A stretch of 64,000 bases of DNA from Acholeplasmataceae bacterium (GTDB lineage: Bacteria > Bacillota_I > Bacilli_A > Acholeplasmatales > Acholeplasmataceae). The DNA lies in the NCBI GenBank assembly GCA_963667565.1, contig OY763415.1:640001-704000 (forward strand). Direction: 5' to 3'. Below, piece by piece: positions 11,299 to 22,220 of this stretch (the first letter of the stretch is position 1; every line of letters starts with the position of its first letter). The notes under the pieces are model-generated. The model did no database searches, was not told the origin of the DNA, and saw nothing but the letters and a program-made list of their open reading frames with translations. The position numbers and the translations under genes were made by a program.

Positions 11299-11871
11299 TT
11301 ATTTTACTTTTTCAAGAAAATAATTTCTAACCATATCTAAATTAATCTTATCAGTATTACTTACTTTTATAAAATGTTTAGGTTGTCCTAACTTTTCTTT
11401 AATGACTTTTTCTTGTTTAAAGCGTTTAGTTGATGGTATTTTATCAAGCTTAGTCGCAATCACTAAAACGTCAAGTCCAAGATCTTGTAAATATTGATAC
11501 ATATCAAGATCATCAACCGTAGGTCCTACTTTAAAATCAATGAGTAAACACACCAATTTAATTGATAAGCTTTCTTTCAAAAAGCCATCAATCATATAAA
11601 TGAAATGATCTTGCATACTTTTAGAACGTCTTGCATAACCATAACCTGGGGCATCAACTAAATAAAATGATTCATTGATTAAATAAAAGTTCATCAGTAA
11701 TGTTTTTCCAGGTGTATTTGATATTCTTGCTAACTGTTTACGATTAGTTAAAGCATTGATAAAAGAGCTTTTACCAACGTTGCTTCGACCGAGCAATAAC
11801 ACCTGAGGACGATCATCAGGTTGGTCTTTAGCAAATTCTAAACTTTTTATATACTCTGATTGATAAAACAT
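11299..11871 (-). CDS. engB: Ribosome biogenesis GTPase EngB/YsxC
   Basis: GRSNVGKSS, PGKT, DAPGYG and TKLD motifs; downstream of lon. Confidence 0.95.
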   Translation of the reverse strand: MFYQSEYIKSLEFAKDQPDDRPQVLLLGRSNVGKSSFINALTNRKQLARISNTPGKTLLMNFYLINESFYLVDAPGYGYARRSKSMQDHFIYMIDGFLKESLSIKLVCLLIDFKVGPTVDDLDMYQYLQDLGLDVLVIATKLDKIPSTKRFKQEKVIKEKLGQPKHFIKVSNTDKINLDMVRNYFLEKVK

Positions 11872-11886
11872 AGGTTCTCCCTTAAT

Positions 11887-11911
11887 AAAAAAAGTAGTCC
11901 AAAGACTACTT
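11887..11911 (-). terminator. Intrinsic terminator after lon
   Basis: AAGTAGTC/GACTACTT stem followed by a T-run on the minus strand. Confidence 0.7.
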
Positions 11912-11921
11912 CTATTATAAC

Positions 11922-14231
11922 TTATTTGAGCGCTAATGAAAAGACTTGATTAACACTTTCAACTGGAATGATTTCAAGTGCTTCTCTAACTTCTTTTGGT
12001 ATATCATCGATATCCTTTTCATTTTCTTTAGGAATTAAAATCGTTTTTAACCCTGAGCGATGTGCTGCAATGGATTTTTCTTTTAATCCACCAATAGGTA
12101 ACACATATCCTCTTAATGTGATTTCACCTGTCATACCAAGGTTTTTCTTCACCAAGCGTTTAGATGCTGCTGATGCGATGGCAGTTGCCATGGTTATCCC
12201 TGCTGATGGTCCATCTTTTGGAATAGCACCTTCAGGAACATGGACATGGAAATCATTGTCTTTAAAGATTTCTGGATCAATGCCTAACTCTTCAGCATTA
12301 GATTTAACAAATGAAAGGGCTGTTTGTGCAGATTCTTTCATCACATCTCCAAGCTTACCTGTTAAGACTAAATTACCTCTACCTTTATAGTATGTAACTT
12401 CAACTGATAGAGTGTCTCCACCAAATGCAGTATATGCAAGACCTGTAACAACACCAACTTGTTCTTTTTCATCTGTGATGTTATGTGTAAACTTAGGTTT
12501 ACCGACATATTTTTCTAAATTGATATCATCTACTGCAACATGAGATACTTTTTCAAGTAAGATTTCTTTAATTGCTTTTCTCACAAGTGCACCAATGTAT
12601 CTATTTAATTCACGGACACCAGCTTCTCTTGTATAATGACGAATAATCTTAAAGATCGCTTCATCAGAGATTGAAAATTGACTATCTTTTAATCCATGTG
12701 CTTTTAATTGTTTTTTAATTAAATGTTTTTTAGCAATTTGGAATTTTTCTTGTTCTGTATAACTTGATAATTCAACAATTTCCATTCTATCTCTTAAAGG
12801 TGCTGGCACATTTTCAAGATAGTTTGCAGTTGTAATAAATAACACTTGAGATAAATCATATGGTTCTTCTAAGTAATGATCACTAAATTTCGCATTTTGT
12901 TCTGGATCTAGGACTTCCAGCATCGCAGAGGCTGGATCACCTTTATAATCAGATGACATCTTATCGATTTCATCAAGTAAGAATACTGGGTTTACTGTAC
13001 CTGCATCTTTCATACCTTTAATGATTCTACCAGGCATAGCGCCGATGTAGGTTCTTCTATGACCTCTAATTTCAGATTCATCTCTGACACCACCTAAAGA
13101 TTGTTTAACAAACTTACGGTTGAGTGCTTCAGCAATAGAAATGGCTAATGAAGTTTTACCAACCCCTGGAGGGCCTGCAAGACACAAAATTGTTTGTGGA
13201 TTACGTTTTGTCATAATCTTAACAGCTAAATACTCAATAATTCTTTCTTTGACTTTATCAAGTGCATAGTGGTTTTCATCTAACTTTTCCTTAACTTTAT
13301 CTAATTTGTAGTTATCCTTAGATGCTTTATACCAAGGAAGTTCTACAAGTAGATCAAGGTACGTTTTAATAATTGAAGATTCAGCCATCGCTTGAGGTGT
13401 TGACTGATATCTTGATAATTCTTGTAATGCTTTTTCTTCAATCGCTTTAGGCATTTTAGCTTTTAAGATTTTTTCTCTGAGTTCATCGATTTCATCTTCT
13501 TTTTTCGCTTTATCGCCTAATTCGTTTTGAATTGCTCTCATCTTTTCACGAAGATAATATTCTTTTTGATTTTCATCAATGGATTGTTTAATGTCATCAT
13601 TAATCTTTTGTTCAAGATCAACAATCATCTTTAAACGATTCATATCTTCAAGTAAGAATTTTAATCTTTGATTAAGGTTTAATTCTTTAACGTATTTGAT
13701 CTTATCTGCTTCATTAATTTTTAATCCGTTTGCAACAATATCACAAACCTTATCAGATGAAGCACCTTGTCCAATGCGATCAAGGACTTGTTTATTTGAA
13801 TGAAGAATGATTGATTCACTCTTAGTGACTTCATCCATCACCATTTTAACAAGTGTTTGCTCTTCAGCAATATCACCATTAATGGTTTCTAATTCCTTAT
13901 ATTCAACAACAAAATATGGTTCTGTTACAAAATAATCAGTGATTTCAACACGATTTAATATTTGTAATTTTGTCTTATAAGAACCATTAGGTAATTTAAT
14001 TTTCATTTGAACTTTCACTAAAAGACCAAATGTTTCCATATCTTCTAGAGTTGGATTTTCAATGAGTGGGTTCTTTTGAATTAAAACAATCGCAAAAGAT
14101 CCGAAATTTCTCTCAGCTTCTTCCATTGCTTTTAAAGATACACTTCTTCCAACTTCAATTCTAATATCATTATTTGGAATTGGGACAACGCCACGCACAA
14201 CTAGTGCAGGTAGACTTTTAGATAGTTCCAT
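11922..14231 (-). CDS. lon: Lon ATP-dependent protease
   Basis: GPPGVGKT, GHRRTYIGAMPG, LLDEIDK and PKDGPSAG motifs. Confidence 0.98.
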   Translation of the reverse strand: MELSKSLPALVVRGVVPIPNNDIRIEVGRSVSLKAMEEAERNFGSFAIVLIQKNPLIENPTLEDMETFGLLVKVQMKIKLPNGSYKTKLQILNRVEITDYFVTEPYFVVEYKELETINGDIAEEQTLVKMVMDEVTKSESIILHSNKQVLDRIGQGASSDKVCDIVANGLKINEADKIKYVKELNLNQRLKFLLEDMNRLKMIVDLEQKINDDIKQSIDENQKEYYLREKMRAIQNELGDKAKKEDEIDELREKILKAKMPKAIEEKALQELSRYQSTPQAMAESSIIKTYLDLLVELPWYKASKDNYKLDKVKEKLDENHYALDKVKERIIEYLAVKIMTKRNPQTILCLAGPPGVGKTSLAISIAEALNRKFVKQSLGGVRDESEIRGHRRTYIGAMPGRIIKGMKDAGTVNPVFLLDEIDKMSSDYKGDPASAMLEVLDPEQNAKFSDHYLEEPYDLSQVLFITTANYLENVPAPLRDRMEIVELSSYTEQEKFQIAKKHLIKKQLKAHGLKDSQFSISDEAIFKIIRHYTREAGVRELNRYIGALVRKAIKEILLEKVSHVAVDDINLEKYVGKPKFTHNITDEKEQVGVVTGLAYTAFGGDTLSVEVTYYKGRGNLVLTGKLGDVMKESAQTALSFVKSNAEELGIDPEIFKDNDFHVHVPEGAIPKDGPSAGITMATAIASAASKRLVKKNLGMTGEITLRGYVLPIGGLKEKSIAAHRSGLKTILIPKENEKDIDDIPKEVREALEIIPVESVNQVFSLALK

Positions 14232-14265
14232 AGACTCACATCCTCTATATTGGTTTTCATTTTAT

Positions 14266-14313
14266 ATTATAGCACGAAACTTAAGATTTGCAATCATTAA
14301 GCACGAGTGCCAA
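14266..14313 (-). promoter_or_regulatory. lon promoter overlapped by a CIRCE (HrcA operator)-like inverted repeat
   Basis: TTGGCACTC-N9-GATTGCAAA (14287-14313) versus consensus TTAGCACTC-N9-GAGTGCTAA. Promoter is TTGCAA-16-TATAAT with an extended TG. Confidence 0.75.
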
Positions 14314-14376
14314 TTCAATATATTAAAACAAGGGAAATTATGTGTTTTCCCTTGTCATATTTATTCATTTGTTGTA

Positions 14377-15657
14377 TTATACTCTTTTTGCAGATTCTAA
14401 TATAAAATTGTATGCTTTTTCGTTTTGAATATCTAATGAAATCATGTCTCTAGTTAAATATTTATCAATATCTTCTAACTTCAAGTTATACATACCAGCT
14501 AATTTTTCTTTTCTAGCTGCGATATCTTCATCAGTAACTTCAAAATTTTCAGCCTTAGCGATTGCTTCAATGACTAAATTTACTTTAAGTCTAGCTTCAG
14601 CATCTTTTTTAGCTTGTTCTTCGAATTGTTCTTCAGTTAATCCAGAGAAACTTAAATACATTTCAAATTCTAAACCATATTGTTTAGCTTGTTCTTTTAA
14701 TTGTTCTCTATATTGAGCAAATTCTTGATTAATCATTGATTCAGGAACTGTCACAGTTGCTGCTTCAACAACTTTAGATAAAATCGCTTCATTTTCTTCT
14801 GCAGTCGCTTTTTGTGCTCTTTCAGTAGCAATTTGTTCTTTTAATACTGCTTTTAATTCATCAAGTGTTTTAGCGTCTTCTCTTTCTAAAGATGCAACAA
14901 ATTCATCATTAAGTTCAGGTCTTACAGTCGATTTAACTTCATGAACTAAAATTTTAAATGTTGCTTCTTTACCAGCTAAATTTTCAGCTTGATAGTCTTG
15001 AGGGAATGTGACAACGATATCTTTAGCATCTCCTGCTTTTAAACCTTCCATTTGGATTTCAAATCCAGGAATGAATTGGTTTGAACCGATTTCTAATTGA
15101 TAGTTTTCTGCTTTTCCACCTTCAAATGGAACACCTTCAACAAATCCTTCAAAATCAAAGATTGCGGTATCGCCTGGTTCAAGTGCTTTATCGACAACAT
15201 CAAGTGTTGATTTAGTTGCAATTAAGCGATCTAGTTCTTCTTTTAAGTCTTGTTCATGAGATGTCACTACAACTTTAGCAACTTCAACTTCTTTATATTG
15301 TCCAAGTGTAACTTCTGGTTTTAAATCAAAAATTAAATGAACTTCAAATGCTTCTTCTCTTGAAACTTTAGCAAAATCCACATCAACTTGTGGTTCACCA
15401 ATTGTACCGAATTCTGGGTGCATTTGAACTTCTTGATATTTATGGTTTAATGCATGATTAATTGCGTCTTCATATAATGATTCCACCCCATATTTTGATT
15501 CAAATACATTTCTAGGAACATGTCCTTTTCTAAAACCTTTAATTTCTAGGTCTTGTTGAACATGTGCAAATGCATGGTCTAATGCATGTTCAAATTCATG
15601 TGGAGTCACTTCAAAAGTAAACTTACCACGATTGTTTTCAATTTTTTCAAATTTCAT
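14377..15657 (-). CDS. tig: Trigger factor
   Basis: GFRKGHVP ribosome-binding motif and FKBP domain (DFEGFVEG...FIPGFE). Confidence 0.96.
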   Translation of the reverse strand: MKFEKIENNRGKFTFEVTPHEFEHALDHAFAHVQQDLEIKGFRKGHVPRNVFESKYGVESLYEDAINHALNHKYQEVQMHPEFGTIGEPQVDVDFAKVSREEAFEVHLIFDLKPEVTLGQYKEVEVAKVVVTSHEQDLKEELDRLIATKSTLDVVDKALEPGDTAIFDFEGFVEGVPFEGGKAENYQLEIGSNQFIPGFEIQMEGLKAGDAKDIVVTFPQDYQAENLAGKEATFKILVHEVKSTVRPELNDEFVASLEREDAKTLDELKAVLKEQIATERAQKATAEENEAILSKVVEAATVTVPESMINQEFAQYREQLKEQAKQYGLEFEMYLSFSGLTEEQFEEQAKKDAEARLKVNLVIEAIAKAENFEVTDEDIAARKEKLAGMYNLKLEDIDKYLTRDMISLDIQNEKAYNFILESAKRV

Positions 15658-15794
15658 ATTTTTTTACTCCTTGCTTCGTTTTATCTAACCTTAAATATTA
15701 TAACATATCTTTTTTGAAAAAAAAGGTTTTTAATTTGCTCGTTGCAGTTTTTATGATTTTGAGATACAATAAGCCTAACAGTGGAGGTTTTTAT

Positions 15795-16913
15795 ATGATT
15801 ACAATCAAAGAAGTCAAGACGAAACTTGACGGATGGCGTTTTACAGAATTTCCAAATAAAATGTATAAAGATGTTGAACCTTTTGTTCCAGCTTTATCGA
15901 TGGATGAAAGAGTTGTCTTTGACAAAAAGAAAAATCCAGTTCATGACTATTGTGAAAGTATTCGCTTCTTAGCATATCAAGATGGCGAAATAGTTGGTCG
16001 TATTGCTGGGATTATCAATCACTCATGGAATGAAGCCTTTAACAAAAAAACTGGTCGTTTCACAAGAATTGATATGATTGATGACATCGAAGTCACTAAA
16101 GCTTTAATCGATGCAGTCACAAGCTGGGTTAAAGAACGTGGCATGAATGAACTGATTGGACCTATTGGATTTACGGACTTAGATAGACAAGGGATGCTCG
16201 TCGATGGTTTTGATCAGCTCAACATGTTTATTACCATCTATAATCATCCATACTATCATGAGCATCTAGAACAACTAGGATTTATAAAAGATGTTGATTG
16301 GGTTGAAAAGAAAATCACCTGGCCAACAGTTGTGCCTGATAAAGTAGCTCGTGGTGCTAAAATCGCAAGAGAACGTTATGGATATCAACTCATTAAAATA
16401 AATAAGAAAAAAGATGTATTTAAATATATTTATGAAGCATTTAATGTTTATAATGAAGCATTCATGGAACTTTATGGATTCTTTCCAATCACTAATAAAG
16501 TCATGGATTACTACATTAAACAAGTCATCGCATTAGTGCAACTTCAATGGTTATGGTTTGTTGCTGACAAAGATGGGAAAATCGCCGGATTTGCAGTATT
16601 AATGCCTAGCTTAGCTGCTGTAAATAAGAGAAATAATGGTAAAATGTTGCCTTTTGGTATCTTTAGAGTGTTAAAGGCTTTAAAGAATCAAGAGGTCATG
16701 GATTTCTACTTTGTCGCAGTCGATCCAAGACATCAAAATCGCGGTATGATGGCTCTATTTATGGAAGATGCAATCTTAACTGGACAAAAATATGGTGTCA
16801 AAGTTGCTGAGACAGGTCCAGAGTTAGAACTCAACATGGCAATCCAAAATCAATGGAAAGATTTTGAGTACGAAGGACATAAAAGAAGACGTTGTTATAA
16901 AAAAGATATTTAA
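15795..16913 (+). CDS. YghO-like double-GNAT N-acyltransferase
   Basis: F..FP..Y...P..VP.L, VGRIAGIIN, GP, YNHPYY and a C-terminal GNAT motif A. Start at ATG 15795 after GGAGG. Confidence 0.7.
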   Translation: MITIKEVKTKLDGWRFTEFPNKMYKDVEPFVPALSMDERVVFDKKKNPVHDYCESIRFLAYQDGEIVGRIAGIINHSWNEAFNKKTGRFTRIDMIDDIEVTKALIDAVTSWVKERGMNELIGPIGFTDLDRQGMLVDGFDQLNMFITIYNHPYYHEHLEQLGFIKDVDWVEKKITWPTVVPDKVARGAKIARERYGYQLIKINKKKDVFKYIYEAFNVYNEAFMELYGFFPITNKVMDYYIKQVIALVQLQWLWFVADKDGKIAGFAVLMPSLAAVNKRNNGKMLPFGIFRVLKALKNQEVMDFYFVAVDPRHQNRGMMALFMEDAILTGQKYGVKVAETGPELELNMAIQNQWKDFEYEGHKRRRCYKKDI

Positions 16914-16983
16914 AGAGGATAATTCCTCTTTTTTTATATATTTATGCTAAAATATCAATATATATTGAAAAAGGAAAGACACT

Positions 16984-18690
16984 ATGAAAAAATTCCACTT
17001 AACAGATAAATATTGCCTCATTCATTTTGGTGCCACTTCTTGTGATACAGAGATTAAAATCTTATCATCTAAAGGTTTCATTTATGTGCTCAGTCAATTT
17101 ATCAAACATTTAAAATCAAATAACTCAATTTCAATCACATCTTTTAAAGATGCTAAAACAAGCGAGTTTGTTGAAATATATAAACTCCTTTTATTATGGG
17201 ATTATGAATATGTTTATAAACATTATGACCATCTAAGACATATCTTAAATGATAGAGAAGGTTTATATAGACTCACTGAAGAGTTTTATGATTATTGGAG
17301 AAAACTTGAACGTATTGGTATTTTAACTGGCGATCGAAGATTATCTAAAAGTTATCAATCAAGTAATTTAATCTCTACAGCTGATAGTTTTAACCATAAA
17401 GTCTTACAATTATATAGAACAATCGCACAAAACTTGTTAGGTGATGTATTTAATGTCTATAGACAACTTCCAGCTGGCATTAATGCAAATTTAATTGTGA
17501 CGCCTTATAAATTTAATACTTCTTCTACTTATGATAAGTTACAAGGTATTGGATTTATTCAAGAGATTTTGACAAGACCTCCATTTATGATTTACTCAAA
17601 ATCAAATAAAAGAGAAGGCATCTTTACAGAAACAAAAGAAAATCCAATTGATTATATTTCTATAAATAAACATGAGTTTGTTGCGTATCCAATATTAGTA
17701 GGTAAGTTATTAGCATTTGTTTATATGCATATTGATTTTCTTCATCATGGTATTGCGTTATCAAATTTATTTGAAACTGCAAGTGAAGAAATTTATACAA
17801 ATAGAAAACCAGATCTTATCTATATTTATGGTATGGAAGAAACTACTTTTGATAGAACTTATTTTAAAGATATCAAAAATGATTATTATGTAGGTTATGT
17901 ATCAAAAGAAGATAAAAATGATTATTTTGGGTATATGAAGAAAATGTTATTAACACTTCATAATGTTTATATGATTGATCATGGTCTTCTTCCAATTCAT
18001 GGATCTATGGTTAAAATTCTTCTTAAAAATGGTGATGAAAAAAATGTAGCAATCATCGGCGATAGTGGTGCAGGTAAATCTGAGACATTAGAAGCTTTAA
18101 GACAAATCGGTGATGCATATATCAAAGATATGAAAGTCATCTTTGACGATATGGGAACTTTTTACTTAAAAGATGACCAAGTTTATGCACAAGGTACTGA
18201 AATTGGTGCATTCGTCCGTTTAGATGATCTAGATGCAGGTTATGCATATAGAGAGTTTGATAGAGCAATCTTTTTAAATCCAGATCAAAGTAACGCTAGA
18301 CTTATTCTTCCAGTATCATCATATAAGTTTATTATGAATGATCATAAGGTTGATATGTTATTTTATGCAAATAACTACAAAGAAACACATGAAGGATTAG
18401 CATTCTTTGAAGATATAAATACAGCTAAAGACACATTTAGGGAAGGTGTAAGAAAAGCTAAAGGAACTACTCAAGAAGTTGGTCTTGTAAAAAGCTATTT
18501 TGCAAATCCATTCGGTCCAGTTCAACAAGAAAAAGAGACAGATATATTATTAAATCTTTATTTTGATACTCTATATCAAAATAAAGTACCCATTGGAGTG
18601 ATATATACACAGCTCGCTGTAGACCATATCACAAGTGAAGGACCAAAAATCGCATCAACAAAATTATTAGATTTATTACAAAATAAATAA
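16984..18690 (+). CDS. Phosphoenolpyruvate carboxykinase-like P-loop protein
   Basis: YFGYMKK, PIHGSM, GDSGAGKSE, IFDDMG and FANPFGP motifs. Confidence 0.7.
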   Translation: MKKFHLTDKYCLIHFGATSCDTEIKILSSKGFIYVLSQFIKHLKSNNSISITSFKDAKTSEFVEIYKLLLLWDYEYVYKHYDHLRHILNDREGLYRLTEEFYDYWRKLERIGILTGDRRLSKSYQSSNLISTADSFNHKVLQLYRTIAQNLLGDVFNVYRQLPAGINANLIVTPYKFNTSSTYDKLQGIGFIQEILTRPPFMIYSKSNKREGIFTETKENPIDYISINKHEFVAYPILVGKLLAFVYMHIDFLHHGIALSNLFETASEEIYTNRKPDLIYIYGMEETTFDRTYFKDIKNDYYVGYVSKEDKNDYFGYMKKMLLTLHNVYMIDHGLLPIHGSMVKILLKNGDEKNVAIIGDSGAGKSETLEALRQIGDAYIKDMKVIFDDMGTFYLKDDQVYAQGTEIGAFVRLDDLDAGYAYREFDRAIFLNPDQSNARLILPVSSYKFIMNDHKVDMLFYANNYKETHEGLAFFEDINTAKDTFREGVRKAKGTTQEVGLVKSYFANPFGPVQQEKETDILLNLYFDTLYQNKVPIGVIYTQLAVDHITSEGPKIASTKLLDLLQNK

Positions 18691-18757
18691 CCTACACATT
18701 TATATTAAATATATGCTATAATTATTATACGTAAGAAATGTGTTTTGGGAGGACTAT

Positions 18758-20017
18758 ATGGATCACAATTATGAAGAACAAACCATCAGCTTAGCTGAAA
18801 TTTGGCAAAAGCTTTGGAAAAACAAGATATTAATTTTAATTATTTCAATTGTCGTAACATTAATATTAACATTTGGTCTCTATTTTGGACTAAAAGGAAG
18901 CCAAATGACAACCACTGGATTTGAATATCAATTTATTGGAGTATCATCAAATGAATTCCCAGATGGAACAACATTTGAGTTTAGAGATATTATCAGTTAT
19001 GATCAATTACTCTTAGTCCAAGAATCAAATGATTTATATGCAAACATTGATATTGAACATTTATATCTAAATAGTAATACAACCATTCTAAGACAATTAG
19101 CAGATGTATCAACTTCAGATAATATTGTTTATACAACAAATCAGTATACATTAAATATCCCTTATAGTTATTTCAATTATGATGAAACACTCGCAAGAGA
19201 TTTTATTACTGATTTGCTTAATGTTGATATTAATGAAGCCATCACTAAAAATGAATTAAGACAAATTTATAATTTTGTAGATTTGGTAGATGATAATGTA
19301 GAGTATTTAGATTCTATGACATACTATAAGGATCAATATACGCTTTTATTAAACAGCATGGAAACATTTATTTCATCTTATCAAGATGTCACGATTGATG
19401 GACTCAGCATGACAGATATCAAAAATGAACTTACTGCTATTTACGATAATGGTTATTCATTTGCAGAAATCGAAACACTCATCAAAAATGAACATTATTA
19501 TAAAGATCAAGTTTCATATATTGATAAATTAAACATTAGAATTGCGACACTTCAAAAAAGTATTGATTTAAATGTATTAAGAATTAATGAACTAGAAACC
19601 ATGTATAATAATTTGGTTGCTACTTCTAATCTCCAACAAGCTGATGCATTATTACAAAGTATTGCAGATTATAGAATAGCAAATGTTAATTCACAGTTTG
19701 AAATTGATGAATATCAAGATATTATCGATACAGCAGCAACGCTTGCTACAACATCTCATACAGATGCAGATTTCTTAAATATCATTAATAATTATGAAAC
19801 CATGTTAAATGATTACACGAATACTTATAATACATTCTATCTGGAAACACTTAATGATAATACTAAAGTTGTTTATGATGCAGGTTCTATTTATACTGTA
19901 TCTGGAGGATATAACCTTCCAATGATTGGTGTGATATCTCTTATGGTTGGTGTATTAACATCATTTGTAGTAGTATTTATTAAAGAATCAGATGCAAACA
20001 AAAAGACTAACAATTAA
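18758..20017 (+). CDS. Wzz-type polysaccharide chain-length determinant
   Basis: ISLAEIWQKLWKNK followed by a TM helix, a long coiled-coil extracellular loop and a C-terminal TM helix. Confidence 0.7.
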   Translation: MDHNYEEQTISLAEIWQKLWKNKILILIISIVVTLILTFGLYFGLKGSQMTTTGFEYQFIGVSSNEFPDGTTFEFRDIISYDQLLLVQESNDLYANIDIEHLYLNSNTTILRQLADVSTSDNIVYTTNQYTLNIPYSYFNYDETLARDFITDLLNVDINEAITKNELRQIYNFVDLVDDNVEYLDSMTYYKDQYTLLLNSMETFISSYQDVTIDGLSMTDIKNELTAIYDNGYSFAEIETLIKNEHYYKDQVSYIDKLNIRIATLQKSIDLNVLRINELETMYNNLVATSNLQQADALLQSIADYRIANVNSQFEIDEYQDIIDTAATLATTSHTDADFLNIINNYETMLNDYTNTYNTFYLETLNDNTKVVYDAGSIYTVSGGYNLPMIGVISLMVGVLTSFVVVFIKESDANKKTNN

Positions 20018-20019
20018 AG

Positions 20020-20703
20020 TTAGTCTTCTTTTTTTATAAAATTGATTCGATTAAATAATAAATATAATTCCTCTTGTGAATAATACTTTTTTAATTTTAT
20101 GAATGCTTGTTGCATCAAAGGCTTTCTCACATCAAGATTATGTGTATCTGTTGCTATGATGTCAATAAATTTATTTCTGATGAGCATGTTTACCATGCTC
20201 TTTTTTGTATATTTATCAGGACCAACAATGGCTGATGAATTCACTTGAAGCAGAGCACCAGTTTTTTTAATATTGATGATATCTTCTTTGGTTAAGTATA
20301 AATATCTTTCAACATGAGCAACAATCACTTGATATCCTTTAGCTTGGATGTTAAATACAATGTCTTCAATCGCTGTTTTATGCTGTGTAGAAAACTCCAT
20401 CAAAATGATATTTGTGTCTTCAAATGCATATCTGTGAAGTTCTAAATCAAAATGTGGACGATAATAAATCTCAGCACCTAAAATTAAAGTGATTGGTAAA
20501 TCTTTTGTCATTTCTTTCAACTTATTAAATTGCTCAATTTGAAATGCACGATTACCTTTTTGTTCTTTTCCAAAGATATGAGGTGTTAATACAATATGTG
20601 TTACACCTTGCTTAATCTCTTCTTTAATCAGATCTAGTGAGAGTTCAAAAGATTGACTCCCATCATCAACAAGTGGAAGAATATGGGAATGAACATCAAT
20701 CAT
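20020..20703 (-). CDS. cpsB: CpsB/CapC PHP tyrosine phosphatase (copy 1)
   Basis: DVHSHILP.VDDG, TPH, AHVERY and ATDTH motifs. Confidence 0.92.
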   Translation of the reverse strand: MIDVHSHILPLVDDGSQSFELSLDLIKEEIKQGVTHIVLTPHIFGKEQKGNRAFQIEQFNKLKEMTKDLPITLILGAEIYYRPHFDLELHRYAFEDTNIILMEFSTQHKTAIEDIVFNIQAKGYQVIVAHVERYLYLTKEDIINIKKTGALLQVNSSAIVGPDKYTKKSMVNMLIRNKFIDIIATDTHNLDVRKPLMQQAFIKLKKYYSQEELYLLFNRINFIKKED

Positions 20704-21443
20704 TTTTTATCACTATAATAAGCATAATTACCTTTATATCCGTAACCTGCTTGATCCATCTTCACTTGATTAAATACGATACCAATAATGTTCACATCAT
20801 ATTTCTTAAGTGTCTGAATAGCGTCTTTAACAAGCGATTTTTTCGCTTTTCCTTGAGCAACAATAAAGATAACAGCTTCTGATAATTTAGAGATTATAAT
20901 AGCATCTGATACAGCAATAATAGGTGGTGTATCAAGTAAGACATAATCATATCTTTCTTTTAGTTTATCAATAAGTTCTTTCATCCTTTGTGATTCTAAA
21001 ACATTAGTCACTAGATTTGTTGATTCACCAGCAACCATAAAGTCAATACCGACTTCATCAGAGTGCTTAATTGCTTCTTCTAACGTAATTTTACCTGAAA
21101 TATAATCAGTTATACCATTTTCATTAGGCACAGTGAATGCACGATTAATTTTTGGTCTTCTTAAGTCAAGATCAAGTAAAATGACTTTCTTTTCTTTTTG
21201 TTGAAGTAAGAAAGCAATATTTGATACAAATGTTGATTTACCTTCTGAAGGAAGTGTCGATGTGAATTGCAATACTTTATGATTACTATCGACATTAATA
21301 TAATCTAAGTCAATCACAATCTTTTGAAAAGATTCTGAAGTAAATGACAACGGATCATTTTTAGTTACTAAATAATCATATTTTTCAATTCTTGGTTTAC
21401 CATTAATTAATGTATCAATGTTTAATTTTCTATCTTTAGCCAT
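20700..21443 (-). CDS. cpsD: CpsD/CapB BY-kinase (copy 1)
   Basis: PSEGKST, DLDLRRP, DTPP and the Tyr-rich tail GYGYKGNYAYY. Confidence 0.92.
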   Translation of the reverse strand: MAKDRKLNIDTLINGKPRIEKYDYLVTKNDPLSFTSESFQKIVIDLDYINVDSNHKVLQFTSTLPSEGKSTFVSNIAFLLQQKEKKVILLDLDLRRPKINRAFTVPNENGITDYISGKITLEEAIKHSDEVGIDFMVAGESTNLVTNVLESQRMKELIDKLKERYDYVLLDTPPIIAVSDAIIISKLSEAVIFIVAQGKAKKSLVKDAIQTLKKYDVNIIGIVFNQVKMDQAGYGYKGNYAYYSDKK

Positions 21444-21444
21444 T

Positions 21445-22155
21445 TTAGAAATCCTCCTTAATCTCAAACTCAGGAATGATGCCTAAAACTTGAATGTCAA
21501 AAGCAGCTTCAAGCTGTTCTTTTGTTTTAAATGAATTATTAAGTAATTCTTTACCAAATGCAATACCAAGTCCTATAATACCACCAACCATAAGACCAAT
21601 GATCACAAGGAGCGGTTTATTTGGTGATGCATATGTACCATTATCTGTTGCAAGTATGCCAACAAGTTCAATCGTGTCTGGTAAGAATCTTTCTGGATTG
21701 TCAGTCATTTGGTTGTTGATACCTACTTCTACCAAATAATTAACAATTAATTTTGTATTAACTGGATTCATATCTTGATAAGCAACGTTGATTCTATAAG
21801 AATCAGTCGATGCAGTCACTGTAAGTTTTGATTTAAATGATTCTTTTGATTCATCTAAATTTAAATCTAGAATGACTTTATCAATCACTGAATTGGATTC
21901 AAAATATTCTGCTACAGTCATGATTAAATATCTTGCTACTGTATAATCAGAAGATGATGTTTGACTTTCAGTAATGGGTGTAATATAAACATCAACATTT
22001 GAGCGATATTCTTCTTGTGCGATGGAATAAGCATAGATACCTGCTAAGATACCAAAGAAAACCACTGAGATGATGATGGGTCTAAGACCATTTTTAATAA
22101 TGTAAAACAAATCTGATAAACTAAACCCCTCTTGCATGTTTGGATTTTGATCCAT
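21445..22155 (-). CDS. cpsC: CpsC/CapA BY-kinase membrane modulator (copy 1)
   Basis: Two TM helices, SPNKPL and the VLGIIP C-terminal activator motif. Confidence 0.88.
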   Translation of the reverse strand: MDQNPNMQEGFSLSDLFYIIKNGLRPIIISVVFFGILAGIYAYSIAQEEYRSNVDVYITPITESQTSSSDYTVARYLIMTVAEYFESNSVIDKVILDLNLDESKESFKSKLTVTASTDSYRINVAYQDMNPVNTKLIVNYLVEVGINNQMTDNPERFLPDTIELVGILATDNGTYASPNKPLLVIIGLMVGGIIGLGIAFGKELLNNSFKTKEQLEAAFDIQVLGIIPEFEIKEDF

Positions 22156-22220
22156 AAAATAACCTCCATATAAAACCTATATTTTGATATGTCAAAAAAT
22201 AAATTTGCCCCGTTGCTGAT

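Noticed and set aside
289..14716. Short antisense or alternative-frame ORFs (e.g. 289-507, 4974-5336, 7875-8228, 11968-12390, 14444-14716)
   Set aside because: They are shadows of well-supported genes, with no RBS or recognisable motifs.
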